From a virus (taxonomy: Duplodnaviria > Heunggongvirae > Uroviricota > Caudoviricetes): a stretch of 64,000 nucleotides of DNA. Positions within the stretch are counted from its first letter, which is position 1. Each line of letters begins with the position of its first letter. Both the position numbers and the translations under genes were made by a program. Positions 39,476 through 48,395 of the stretch are shown piece by piece. The notes below the pieces were generated by a model. That model had not been told where the DNA came from. It ran no database searches and saw only the letters and a list, made by a program, of their open reading frames with translations. The stretch lies in the IMG/VR virus record IMGVR_UViG_3300044846_005772. One strand, given 5' to 3'.

Positions 39476-41209
39476 TTAAAATTCAGTTACTAAGAAATAT
39501 TTAGACACTTCGGAGTATTGACCAGAATTAGCATTCGCAAATACTCCAGTAGGCTTTCCAATATCTTTTGGACCGACTGCTATTATTTCCTTAGGAGTTC
39601 CGTCATTATCGATAACCCAGTTGGCTCCATTATAATATATGTAGACACTCTCTTCACCGTTTCCAAACCAGTCATACGACGCTGTCCAATAGTTAATATT
39701 AAATATTTTATCTGGTAGATTCGCGTCAGCCACAAATAATTGCCTGTCCTGGTCGTCGAACACTCTTAACTGGCCAGTCTTTGGTTTAGGATGTACTGTT
39801 GTTCCAGGAAGTACGGATCCGTCTAACACTGATTGGAATGCGCTAGTGTCGTCGGGTCCAACTACATAAATAACGTCTTGTGAATTCTGTAGTCTATTAG
39901 TAGTAAGATCAGCTTCTATGCGAAATGTCTGCTCTCCATATGTGTCATCTGGTGTCTCCGACCATGGTGAAACTGTGAAGTCATATGTATTATTTCCTGA
40001 GTCCGAAAGAACTAGTGTTATCGCCGGTGTCCACCCATCATTAGTTGAAGAGAGCTTTACGGTACTTCCGATTATTGAATCACCAGTAACCTTAAACTTA
40101 AAATATCCAGTGTATGGATCAGCTTCAATTATTGATACAATGTTGTCTGCTGGAGGCTTGACTCCGCCACCATCACCTGGATAAACATCAGCTGAATACG
40201 TTTCAAAAAGAGTATCGAATACTGCAACATCAGAAGTATCATCATATAACTTTTCAACAACATCTGCTATGAAATCAGTTGAACCTATTGTGTAATCAAC
40301 TAGAAGAATGCTCAATCTACTAGAAGTAGGTAAATTTTGAGAGACTAACTGTTTTATGGTGTTTGCTTCAACTTCTCCTGCTTTACGTAACGCAAAGTAT
40401 TCATTCAAGTCAACTTGACCTAGTGTAAGAGATAGAGCTAATGCTGTTCTGCTTGTTCCAGCAAACTCAATATCACTGTCCAGTATCGTATCATTCTCAA
40501 CGCCAGCTGACTCTAATAAATACTCTGCCTTCCGTATAGGAGTTATTAATGATTGGTATGCATCGGTCGGAACATATCCGTCTCTTTTTATTCGGTCAGA
40601 ATCTTCTTCGCTGAACTCATATTCTAACAATTCACTAAAAATATTAAGAGTGCTTTCCCACTCAGAATAATCTTTAAATGATGTGTCTGCTATTAAGTTT
40701 GGAGCAGATGACAGTATTGTCGTTATTTGATTTACGTGATTTACTGAAACATTTGAGCTCATTGGAGCAGGCGTGTATCCTAAATCAGCGCCTCCACCAA
40801 CTGCGTATATTGGAGCGTATCGCTTAATCAGATTCCCAGTAGAATAGTCATACAACACCCATTGAGGATTAAACTTAGTAAAGTTTGCTACGCCAGTAGA
40901 ATCAGTGGTTGCGTACTCTGTACCCAACTGAGACTCATCTAATACTATTGTATTGCCTTCGCTATTTACATACGAAGTATTTTGTTCCCAACCTATCTTT
41001 ACAACGGCTCCAGTTATAATACTTCCTTGAACAGTTACTCCGAAACTCCCCGGCCCTGCACCTGAAATTGAAGAAGCTGATTGCTCACTAATTTTTTGAG
41101 CTTCGAACATTTTTCTAGCCATCATTTGACGGATGGCTTCCTGCTCCTCAAATCTTCTTCTCATTTCCTTCTGTTCAGGAGTTTCATGTCCCCAATTGAT
41201 AAATGACAT
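39476..41209 (-). CDS. tail fibre / receptor-binding protein, paralog 3
   Basis: MSFINWGHETPEQKEMRR anchor; 577 aa. Confidence 0.6.
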   Translation of the reverse strand: MSFINWGHETPEQKEMRRRFEEQEAIRQMMARKMFEAQKISEQSASSISGAGPGSFGVTVQGSIITGAVVKIGWEQNTSYVNSEGNTIVLDESQLGTEYATTDSTGVANFTKFNPQWVLYDYSTGNLIKRYAPIYAVGGGADLGYTPAPMSSNVSVNHVNQITTILSSAPNLIADTSFKDYSEWESTLNIFSELLEYEFSEEDSDRIKRDGYVPTDAYQSLITPIRKAEYLLESAGVENDTILDSDIEFAGTSRTALALSLTLGQVDLNEYFALRKAGEVEANTIKQLVSQNLPTSSRLSILLVDYTIGSTDFIADVVEKLYDDTSDVAVFDTLFETYSADVYPGDGGGVKPPADNIVSIIEADPYTGYFKFKVTGDSIIGSTVKLSSTNDGWTPAITLVLSDSGNNTYDFTVSPWSETPDDTYGEQTFRIEADLTTNRLQNSQDVIYVVGPDDTSAFQSVLDGSVLPGTTVHPKPKTGQLRVFDDQDRQLFVADANLPDKIFNINYWTASYDWFGNGEESVYIYYNGANWVIDNDGTPKEIIAVGPKDIGKPTGVFANANSGQYSEVSKYFLVTEF

Positions 41210-41228
41210 ATTTTGTGTTTATTTTATT

Positions 41229-41432
41229 TTATTTATTCGGTAGAGTTACGATAAGGCCCGCATCCCATATAAGAAAATTGAGCCCCATCACCATATTAGT
41301 TCCCCTAAACCCATTACGATTTAAAACAAATACTGGGCTTGGAATAGGCGTAATCTGATAAAAACTATCCTCAAAACTAAATGTTCGGTGTAAATACACA
41401 CTTAGTGTAAATCTCTTAAATATTTTGTTCAT
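41229..41432 (-). CDS. hypothetical protein (67 aa)
   Basis: ORF. Confidence 0.3.
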   Translation of the reverse strand: MNKIFKRFTLSVYLHRTFSFEDSFYQITPIPSPVFVLNRNGFRGTNMVMGLNFLIWDAGLIVTLPNK

Positions 41433-41456
41433 ATACTAGTATTTATATCAAAAGAA

Positions 41457-41480
41457 AGGCCGGAGTTTTCCGGCCTTTTA
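41457..41480 (-). terminator. rho-independent terminator
   Basis: ggccgga-gttt-tccggcc flanked by A and T runs. Confidence 0.65.
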
Positions 41481-41497
41481 AATTACTCTTTGATAAC

Positions 41498-43735
41498 TTA
41501 CTTGTATATTTTATAGACTTCAAAGCGATCAGAATAAACTTCTTTGACGATATACATACCACTGGGTAGATCAGCGAAATTATCGATGTTTAATTTTACG
41601 CCAGTCACCGTATAGAAAATATAAGATGGAGTCTCAAGTACTTCATTATTTAGAATTTCATTTGTTGCAATTCTATTTACAATAAAATCAACAGTATTAT
41701 TTGAAGTATTTCCATCATCCGTGAAACCATTTACTGTCATAATTTTTAGTTGATATGTATTTGTCGAGCCAACTGGAACGGCACAGTTGTTAGTACTTCC
41801 GCAAAGATTTAAACTAATATAACTGTTTGGTCCAGGCAAAAAAGTAGACTGTCCGGGTAAAAGATTACCTGACCAATTTACAGTGACTGAGCATCCAAAC
41901 GCTGACGTACAAGTCAGCCACTTTCTATAATATGAAAGGCTAGTGATCGGAGTGGTTCCTTGATTAGTTATTCTCCATCGTACGTTAACTATTTGAGAGG
42001 AAGTCGTTAAAGGATTTGAAGTTGGCATAGCTAATTCTACGCTAACGTCGGTTCCTACAAATAGCGGATCATTTACTATGAATTGTGAAAGGGCAACATT
42101 ATCAGATTGGATATCGTCAGAGTATCCTAAATCATAGTTTATTTTAACTAGCACATATTTTGTTCCCTGTGGACCGCTTACTGTACGTTGCATAGAAACT
42201 GGTGAACTTGCCAAATTTGCACCTAACTCTACAGTATCGGTAGAAAGTATGGTGTCATCCGAGTCTCCCCATATCGTATTAGTCGAGTATCTAGTTTGCA
42301 CAAGAACGCTAACTTCTTCCAGAGTAGGTTGTGAAGTTACTGCATTAAATGAAATAGCTAGCGTGTCACCTATGTTCAACATGGCAGGAGAAAGAGCCAA
42401 TCCACTAACTGTAAAATTATGTTTTGGAGCAGGCGGTGGAGGTGGAGGAGTACCTGGACCAGGAGTCATCAACACAGCCGAGTGTAGATTTATTCTACCA
42501 TAACCCAGTTCATTGCTCCTGGTTCCATATGGCCATGCTGCATTATTTGAGTAAACATATCCGCCAACTTTATCGCATGACATGGAAAGTATTTGAAGTA
42601 TTTCATCGTCTGTCAATTCCCAATTTTTATATGCGATAATTGCGGAGGCAGCTGCTGTTATTGGACATGAGAATGAAGTTCCGCTTACGCTCCTGTAGTT
42701 TTCAATCCCATATCCGTCAACTCCTACACGGTCAGTCGTTCTTATAGAACTGCCGGGCGCAGAAATATCACAGATTTGGCCATAATTTGAGAAGGATGAT
42801 CTAAAGTCCAACGACGTAGTTGCACCTACTCCCCATACTGCTGAATAATTTGCAGGATATTGCGCAGCTGTGCCAGAGTATCCGTTCCCAGAAGATGCAA
42901 ACACCATCATTCCCTTACCGCCTCTTCCATTTGTTCTGGCTGACTGGAAGGCAGCGTCCAATGCAGCAGAATAGCTGCTTCCTCCATATGACATGGCAAT
43001 GGCAACGCAATTAGGATTAGACATAGCTGCATTAACTGCCGCGATTTGTATAGAAGATGTGGTTGAAAAGGAACCACCTGCATATACAGCAGACATTATG
43101 TTAATTGGCATAACCTTCACGAAGTTATTGCCGACACTACTAACTCCAAGTCCATTGTTAGTAACTGCTGCAATTGTGCCTGAACATGCAGTTCCATGAT
43201 TATCATATGCATTTGCATAAGGTATCGAGCTTGAACCATTTACTGCATTATATGGACTGTCTATGTTCCCAGCCAAGTCAGGGTGAGTTAGGTCTAAGCC
43301 TCCGTCAAACATCGCGACTGAAACCCATGGATTATTTTGAGGCAGAGCATCCCATGCTTCGGGTGCATCTATATCACGATCAGTAGATTGGGAAAGATGC
43401 CAACATTGGGAAAATTCAGTATCGTTTGGAATGTAGTCATGTTCGTAATCCATAACCTCATCACGATACACTTTTTCAATAAAACTCTTACGAGTCAACT
43501 CTAATTCAATATCAGAGATTTGAAGATCTGCTGCTACTTCGACTAGATACCAGCCTAAAGCTGAGTATTCCTTTACAATTTTTAAGCGGTTAAGCTCAAA
43601 GAAAGATTGTGTGGTACTTTCCTGTCCCTTTACCGGAACAACGATGAGCTGACGTTCAGCATTTGCAAAAAGATCTTGTGCAAATGCCTGTGCTGAGATG
43701 ATAAGACCCAACACTAGTGATAATAGTAATTTCAT
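41498..43735 (-). CDS. secreted subtilisin-like serine peptidase (S8) with T9SS C-terminal sorting domain
   Basis: Signal peptide MKLLLSLVLGLIISAQA. DHGTACSG (His region) and SGTSFSCPITAAASAII (Ser region). C-terminus LPSGMYIVKEV...YKIYK resembles Por/T9SS CTD motifs D and E. Confidence 0.7.
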   Translation of the reverse strand: MKLLLSLVLGLIISAQAFAQDLFANAERQLIVVPVKGQESTTQSFFELNRLKIVKEYSALGWYLVEVAADLQISDIELELTRKSFIEKVYRDEVMDYEHDYIPNDTEFSQCWHLSQSTDRDIDAPEAWDALPQNNPWVSVAMFDGGLDLTHPDLAGNIDSPYNAVNGSSSIPYANAYDNHGTACSGTIAAVTNNGLGVSSVGNNFVKVMPINIMSAVYAGGSFSTTSSIQIAAVNAAMSNPNCVAIAMSYGGSSYSAALDAAFQSARTNGRGGKGMMVFASSGNGYSGTAAQYPANYSAVWGVGATTSLDFRSSFSNYGQICDISAPGSSIRTTDRVGVDGYGIENYRSVSGTSFSCPITAAASAIIAYKNWELTDDEILQILSMSCDKVGGYVYSNNAAWPYGTRSNELGYGRINLHSAVLMTPGPGTPPPPPPAPKHNFTVSGLALSPAMLNIGDTLAISFNAVTSQPTLEEVSVLVQTRYSTNTIWGDSDDTILSTDTVELGANLASSPVSMQRTVSGPQGTKYVLVKINYDLGYSDDIQSDNVALSQFIVNDPLFVGTDVSVELAMPTSNPLTTSSQIVNVRWRITNQGTTPITSLSYYRKWLTCTSAFGCSVTVNWSGNLLPGQSTFLPGPNSYISLNLCGSTNNCAVPVGSTNTYQLKIMTVNGFTDDGNTSNNTVDFIVNRIATNEILNNEVLETPSYIFYTVTGVKLNIDNFADLPSGMYIVKEVYSDRFEVYKIYK

Positions 43736-43990
43736 TTATATAGAATATTTTTATTGAATTATTGAAATGATCTGCATTTCAAGCTAACCTTCATCCACGT
43801 GGATGCACATATTCTAACATAGAGCAAGAGCTCAGAAGCAAAGGACGTTGAACTCTTAGGTTCAATTTCACCAGAGAGGTGAACACGAAAACAATCAAAT
43901 AAGCTAGGTATAACTATTTATACGAGAAAAGTGAAGAGACGTCGGTGCAATCTAAAAACGCTGTGTTTTTATCGAGGTCTCTCCACTGAG

Positions 43991-44065
43991 TGGTAGGTCC
44001 ACCAGGAATCGAACCTGGAATAGAAGCTTAGAAGGCTACTGTTATATCCATTTAACTATGGACCC
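43991..44065 (-). tRNA. tRNA-Arg (anticodon TCT)
   Basis: Acceptor GGGTCCA/TGGACCT, T-arm CCAGG-TTCGATT-CCTGG, anticodon loop CTTCTAA, encoded CCA. One mismatch in the anticodon stem. Confidence 0.55.
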
Positions 44066-44073
44066 AAATAAGC

Positions 44074-44123
44074 AAAGGTCAGCTTCTCTATCCGTGTGGT
44101 ATTTCACGAGCTGACCTTTTAGT
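44074..44123. terminator. long-loop hairpin, possible terminator
   Basis: aaaggtcagc ... gctgaccttt inverted repeat. Confidence 0.4.
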
Positions 44124-44133
44124 TTAAATTATT

Positions 44134-44877
44134 TTAGGAAATTTTACCTAAAGTAAATTCTCCATTCTCGTAAACGAGATACTGTTTTTCCTCAAGAGCG
44201 TCTATGAAGTAATAGCGATTGCCTGTTGACTTTCCTTCTATGTCGATCTTACGTACACCGGTGTGTCCGGCTATTTGGATATGCTTCTCCTTTAGGAAGG
44301 TGTCCCGGTTCCCACTCATCAAGCTCGCAGGACGTATCCAGATGGGGGTTTGAGTTTTTGAATCTCCATAAGGATCCCAACCATTAAAGGTAAATTTAGC
44401 AGGCCTGTATTTCCAAAGGTCGTTCACGAAATCGGAGATGCTCTGCTCACCAGTCTCATCATACCCATTTTGAGTTACCAACCACGAATGACCGATTCCT
44501 GCATGCGAACAGATGATGTCGTCCAACTGATAGCACATTTGTAAATGGTGAGAGTTTTCCTCAAGCAACTGTCGTATTACTGGCGCAGCACCGTGCTGAT
44601 AACCCGAATAGGTCTCTCCGCCTGGATAGTAATGGTAATCGTGATTACCTATGAGCATGATAACTTGGGTCTTGCGTTGAGTGTCCGTACCTTCATCAGT
44701 AAATGAAGTCTCCTTGTACTCAATGATCTCCTTGAAATTATGTAGCTGTTCGGTCGTGCCTATGTCAAAGCTGTCAAAGTAGTCGCCGACGAAGACCACA
44801 TGATCCGCATTTTCCTTCTCCACAATCTCCTTCCAAATAGATCTGCCGTGGATATCGCCTATGAATATTGTTTTCAT
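44134..44877 (-). CDS. PPP-family Ser/Thr phosphatase / ApaH-like metallophosphoesterase
   Basis: GDIHGR, GDYFDSFDIG and GNHDYH motifs. Confidence 0.7.
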   Translation of the reverse strand: MKTIFIGDIHGRSIWKEIVEKENADHVVFVGDYFDSFDIGTTEQLHNFKEIIEYKETSFTDEGTDTQRKTQVIMLIGNHDYHYYPGGETYSGYQHGAAPVIRQLLEENSHHLQMCYQLDDIICSHAGIGHSWLVTQNGYDETGEQSISDFVNDLWKYRPAKFTFNGWDPYGDSKTQTPIWIRPASLMSGNRDTFLKEKHIQIAGHTGVRKIDIEGKSTGNRYYFIDALEEKQYLVYENGEFTLGKIS

Positions 44878-45104
44878 CTAGATTGATTATTTTTTATCCT
44901 AGCCCTCAGACCTTCCCAGTAACCCGACTCATGTCGGTACCTATGTACCGGCCCAAGTTCATCCGGAAAAGCGGTGAGCATGCGCGAGGAGTTTTGAGTG
45001 TCCGCTAACATGAAAGTGTTTACCAAGCTTGTGTGGAAGCTACCGGCCGTGCCGATGCTCCAATAGTAGAGTTCCCACTCCCATCTGTTTATTTCCTTAT
45101 CCAT
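44874..45104 (-). CDS. hypothetical protein
   Basis: ORF overlapping the upstream stop. Confidence 0.35.
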   Translation of the reverse strand: MDKEINRWEWELYYWSIGTAGSFHTSLVNTFMLADTQNSSRMLTAFPDELGPVHRYRHESGYWEGLRARIKNNQSR

Positions 45105-45303
45105 CGATTAATGCTGTTAAAAATACTCCAACATAGAACACAAAGAAGGCTGGGATCCAAGTAACTAAAAGTGCCAACATCTGAATGGCGTCATACTTTT
45201 GGAATGCAAAATAGATCGGAGACACAAAGATGCAGATGGCAGCTATCGAAAAGATCGAGATCGTGATCAGGGCCAGAACTCCTCTTAATTTTCTAGTTTT
45301 CAT
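45097..45303 (-). CDS. small membrane protein
   Basis: Two TM-like segments. Confidence 0.35.
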   Translation of the reverse strand: MKTRKLRGVLALITISIFSIAAICIFVSPIYFAFQKYDAIQMLALLVTWIPAFFVFYVGVFLTALIDG

Positions 45304-45344
45304 ATCAGTTTTATTTTTTCTATTATACTAAGATCCTTGGGAAT

Positions 45345-45629
45345 TTACTCCAGGATCTGGACTTTATTTTGGGTCTCAATCCAAACCTTAGCACCACAAC
45401 TTAGCGGTTTATCCGGAGAGTAGATTATCCTGCAGGCTTCCTTGCCATTCTCATCATACACTATTGCCTGGTGACCGTACTCATTTGACTTATATGTTTT
45501 ACAAGTAAGCACGGGTCGATTCTCCTCGTCCTTGGAGTTCGCCTTGATATTATGCTGATTAACGTGGATTATCGTTTTCATCGGGTGCATGATTAAAGTA
45601 TTGCGGCGTCCATTCGCTGTCCGGTTCAA
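45345..45629 (-). CDS. hypothetical protein
   Basis: ORF; overlaps the next ORF in another frame. Confidence 0.3.
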   Translation of the reverse strand: MNRTANGRRNTLIMHPMKTIIHVNQHNIKANSKDEENRPVLTCKTYKSNEYGHQAIVYDENGKEACRIIYSPDKPLSCGAKVWIETQNKVQILE

Positions 45630-45921
45630 GATCGCTGCCGATTGATGTTACGTGAGACCTGACGTCTCGACCGTTTTGGTTCAGGAGACGAATGTTATGC
45701 TTGATGGCGGCAAACGGCCTCCCTCCAACATGCACCAACTCAAATTCCACATTGGGTTCGGCTAGTATCCTGGCATCAAGGTTATCGAAGATCCTGTCGA
45801 GTTCAGCCAGGTCTGCCCTTTCCTGAGGATGTAGGTCCACGCAGAATGTGGATCCACTATCATCGACGTACGAGATCTCCCAACCTCTGCTCGGATGTTT
45901 TTGCATGGTGCCCTGCATCAA
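45559..45921 (-). CDS. hypothetical protein
   Basis: ORF. Confidence 0.35.
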   Translation of the reverse strand: MMQGTMQKHPSRGWEISYVDDSGSTFCVDLHPQERADLAELDRIFDNLDARILAEPNVEFELVHVGGRPFAAIKHNIRLLNQNGRDVRSHVTSIGSDLEPDSEWTPQYFNHAPDENDNPR

Positions 45922-46118
45922 ATATCCGTTTTGTTTCTAAAAATAAATTCCTTATGGTCTTCGTCCTTCATCGATGCTCCCTGCAGCCACTCATAAAATT
46001 CGTCAGCCGCCCGTAATACAGTTTTCGTACCCCCATGTATTCCCATAGTTCTCTTCGTCTCTTCCATGGCCATCTGCAGGGCCACTTGACGATTTGTGTA
46101 AAACTTAATGTTACTCAT
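45918..46118 (-). CDS. hypothetical protein
   Basis: ORF. Confidence 0.35.
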   Translation of the reverse strand: MSNIKFYTNRQVALQMAMEETKRTMGIHGGTKTVLRAADEFYEWLQGASMKDEDHKEFIFRNKTDI

Positions 46119-46404
46119 GTTGCTTTCTTTTTATATTATACTCCAGTATTTGAGAAGGATTTTACTACGGAGTAAATCAAAAAATTGTGCTCAAGATTGG
46201 ACTTGCACCAATACGTTCCTTCGAACTCGTTACCTTAGCGTCTACTATCGGGTACTACATGATTACCTCGCTTCCGCCACTTGAGCATATGTAAAACACA
46301 CTCTCAAGCATTCTACTTCCCGCCCCTACACAAATGCGTAGCACGAAATTGTATCTTACTTAGCCCGTCGCTCGCGGTATGGGTACTTGAGTTTATGTGT
46401 TTCG

Positions 46405-46482
46405 TACCCCCTGAGAGACTCGAACTCTCACCCGAAGACTAGATCCTAAGTCTAGCGCGTCTACCGATTCCGCCAAAGGGGC
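46405..46482 (-). tRNA. tRNA-Leu-like (anticodon TAG), class II D-arm
   Basis: GCGGAATCGGTAGACGC D-arm, anticodon arm CTAGA-CTTAGGA-TCTAG, T-arm GAGAG-TTCGAGT-CTCTC, acceptor GCCCCTT/AGGGGGT. The variable region is only ~9 nt. Confidence 0.45.
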
Positions 46483-46692
46483 ATGATGGAAAACTTGGCT
46501 ACCATACGCGTCGATATGGTCAAGAATTGATTGATGGTTGGTTCCCCATCACCTGATGCCGTGCACAGCAGAGCAGGATCTCCTACATAACAACCCGGGG
46601 CATGATTACTCTCCGTTAAGGTTGCGATCCTCTGAGAGCCGGGTTCTCTTTCAACGGTGCTAATCCGTCCTATGTTAGCTGTTTTCCATTTG

Positions 46693-46829
46693 TAGTCAGG
46701 ACAGGAATCGAACCTGCATAAGTGTTACTGTGCTTCGCACTCCATTTGGTTATTATCAGGCTTTGTGTGAGGTCGCATCTCGTGCTAAACTGTTTTACCC
46801 AAATGACGTTACCATTCCGCCACCTGACT
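46693..46829 (-). tRNA. tRNA-like element 1 (class II ends, 137 nt, aberrant core)
   Basis: 5' AGTCAGGTGGCGGAATGGTAACG and 3' CAGGTTCGATTCCTGTCCTGACTA; no canonical anticodon arm is foldable by eye. Confidence 0.3.
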
Positions 46830-46983
46830 ATTTGTTTACTTTATCATTCCAATTACAATGGCTACAATTTCTAACCATGCAATTATTCCAAAAAATATGT
46901 ATGGTAATCTAAAATCATCCCATGTAGGTTTTTTAAATAACAAAAGAACTTTTAATGCTTCAATCATAACATTGTTGTTTTAG

Positions 46984-47085
46984 TAGTCAGGACAGGATTC
47001 GAACCTGTATGAGATGGTCAAAGCTTTCGCTGCATCTTACGTGGAACTTTGCGGGATCCTGCGTCTACCATTCCGCCACCTGACT
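46984..47085 (-). tRNA. tRNA-like element 2 (102 nt)
   Basis: Same ends (GCGGAATGGTAGACGC D-arm, ACAGG-TTCGAAT-CCTGT T-arm). Candidate anticodon arm GGATC-CCGCAAA-GTTCC has a mismatch and C33. Confidence 0.3.
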
Positions 47086-47161
47086 ATGTTGTTTAGTGGG
47101 ACTCATACCACCATGCTTCATTGCCTTGTATCATGTTTTTTGTTTAAGTTAATTTGTTTAG

Positions 47162-47273
47162 TAGTCAGGACAGGATTCGAACCTGTAAATCTCCAAAATA
47201 AAACTATCTCGAGTTCATTTTATTTCTTAAGGAGTCCATTAGATGGAGCGTCTACCAGTTCCGCCACCTGACT
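47162..47273 (-). tRNA. tRNA-like element 3 (112 nt)
   Basis: Same ends; the core contains a TCCAT-CTA-ATGGA hairpin instead of an anticodon arm. Confidence 0.3.
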
Positions 47274-47279
47274 ATTGTT

Positions 47280-47552
47280 TTACTTACTTACGTAATCCAT
47301 CATCTCACGCATCTTAAGAATCAGCAATTCCATCTCATCCTTATTGAGATACATCCTTGAACTTCCAGTCTTGTCGTCTAACTCCTTGGTTTCCACGATA
47401 ATTCCATTGAACCCCTCGGTTGGATATACATCAACGTTCTGCTCTTCAGTTGCGATTACGACTTTGTGCCAAACTTTATTTTTCATAGCTCTATTTTTAT
47501 TAGTAGTCAGGACAGGATTCGAACCTGTAACCGTAGCAGAGACGGTGCACAT
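47280..47552 (-). CDS. hypothetical protein between tRNA-like elements
   Basis: ORF. Confidence 0.4.
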   Translation of the reverse strand: MCTVSATVTGSNPVLTTNKNRAMKNKVWHKVVIATEEQNVDVYPTEGFNGIIVETKELDDKTGSSRMYLNKDEMELLILKMREMMDYVSK

Positions 47553-47590
47553 CGGGAGGAAACAGCGTCTACCAATTCCGCCACCTGACT
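47504..47590 (-). tRNA. tRNA-like element 4 (87 nt, class II length; anticodon loop CTCCCGA)
   Basis: Segment lengths fit a class II tRNA exactly (GCGGAATTGGTAGACGC; variable arm ACCGT-CTCTGCT-ACGGT; discriminator A). The anticodon stem GTTTC/TGTGC pairs poorly. Confidence 0.4.
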
Positions 47591-47593
47591 ATA

Positions 47594-47881
47594 TTATTCG
47601 CTGCACGGCTGGAACCATGCTTCCCGCTGCACGTATCTCTGACTTAGGGACAGCTGATCCAAGGAGAATGACGCCACCTCGGACTCCACTATAGTAAATT
47701 CAAATCCGTCCTGCACATAGGTCTCAACATGCTTTACCTTTCTGCCCAGCTTACTGGGAAAGTAGGGTCCAAAATTACCCAAAGTCCTGTACACGCCAGA
47801 CCCAATCAAAATCTCCTTGGCCTGTTGCATCTCACCAGCCTGTTCAGCACGGCCGTTAACGTATAACTTAGCAGCTCCCAT
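47594..47881 (-). CDS. hypothetical protein (first GC-rich gene)
   Basis: ORF; composition shifts here. Confidence 0.4.
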   Translation of the reverse strand: MGAAKLYVNGRAEQAGEMQQAKEILIGSGVYRTLGNFGPYFPSKLGRKVKHVETYVQDGFEFTIVESEVASFSLDQLSLSQRYVQREAWFQPCSE

Positions 47882-48014
47882 ATCTTTTTACTTTTAACTA
47901 ATATACACAAGTATCCTGCTAGATTAAAAAAGAAAATTGGTTAAATTAGCCAGGTAGCAGAGACCACAATAGAATACCCCTTGATCAGGACAGGTATAGA
48001 GACACCTGGAAAAC

Positions 48015-48072
48015 AAGTGCACCAGCTAGCCAACGTAAGTACACCAGCTGTCAGGAATAAGTGCACCAGCTA
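48015..48072. repeat. three 14-15 bp direct repeats (iteron-like): AAGTGCACCAGCTAG / AAGTACACCAGCTG / AAGTGCACCAGCTAG
   Basis: Read directly; ~22 bp spacing. Confidence 0.75.
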
Positions 48073-48137
48073 GGGGACCCATGCTACACCAGACCAGGCA
48101 GCAGACAGTACCCCGTGTCATGCAACCCTACCTCCGT

Positions 48138-48206
48138 GCCATGTCACCACCATGTCACCACCATGTCACCACCATGTCACCATCATGTCATCGCCATGTC
48201 ATCGCC
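48138..48206. repeat. 11-bp tandem repeat array, about 6 copies of C(A/G)CCATGTCA(C/T)
   Basis: Read directly. ORF-track peptides here (MSPPCHHHV...) are repeat artefacts. Confidence 0.8.
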
Positions 48207-48395
48207 TACAAAAAGCATATACTATTTTGCAAGTATGGGCGCCTCTTACTACGGAGTCCCATTCTGGGTGCCCAGAGGACAACAGGATGCAGCGAGCCTT
48301 GGGGGTAGCGCCTCGAGGGCGATCCATGGCGATCCACCAGGTGTTCCTGCACGGATAAATAACTAAAAGCGCGCGGAGCCGGGACTACGGAGTCC

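Noticed and set aside
39518-43386. + strand ORFs antisense to the tail-fibre and peptidase genes (39518-39718, 39918-40184, 42249-43386)
   Set aside because: They are embedded in long leftward genes that have clear domains; GC3-driven open frames on the opposite strand.
46693-47590. Calling the four tRNA-like elements as specific isoacceptors (e.g. Gly-CCC, Cys-GCA)
   Set aside because: The candidate anticodon stems do not pair (2-3 of 5 bp) and U33 is missing in one. Assignment needs a covariance-model search.
48061-48366. ORF-track + strand ORFs (MHQLGDPCY..., MSPPCHHHV...) over the tandem repeats
   Set aside because: These are translations of the 11-bp tandem repeat in three frames. The region is a divergent intergenic region with no coding signal.
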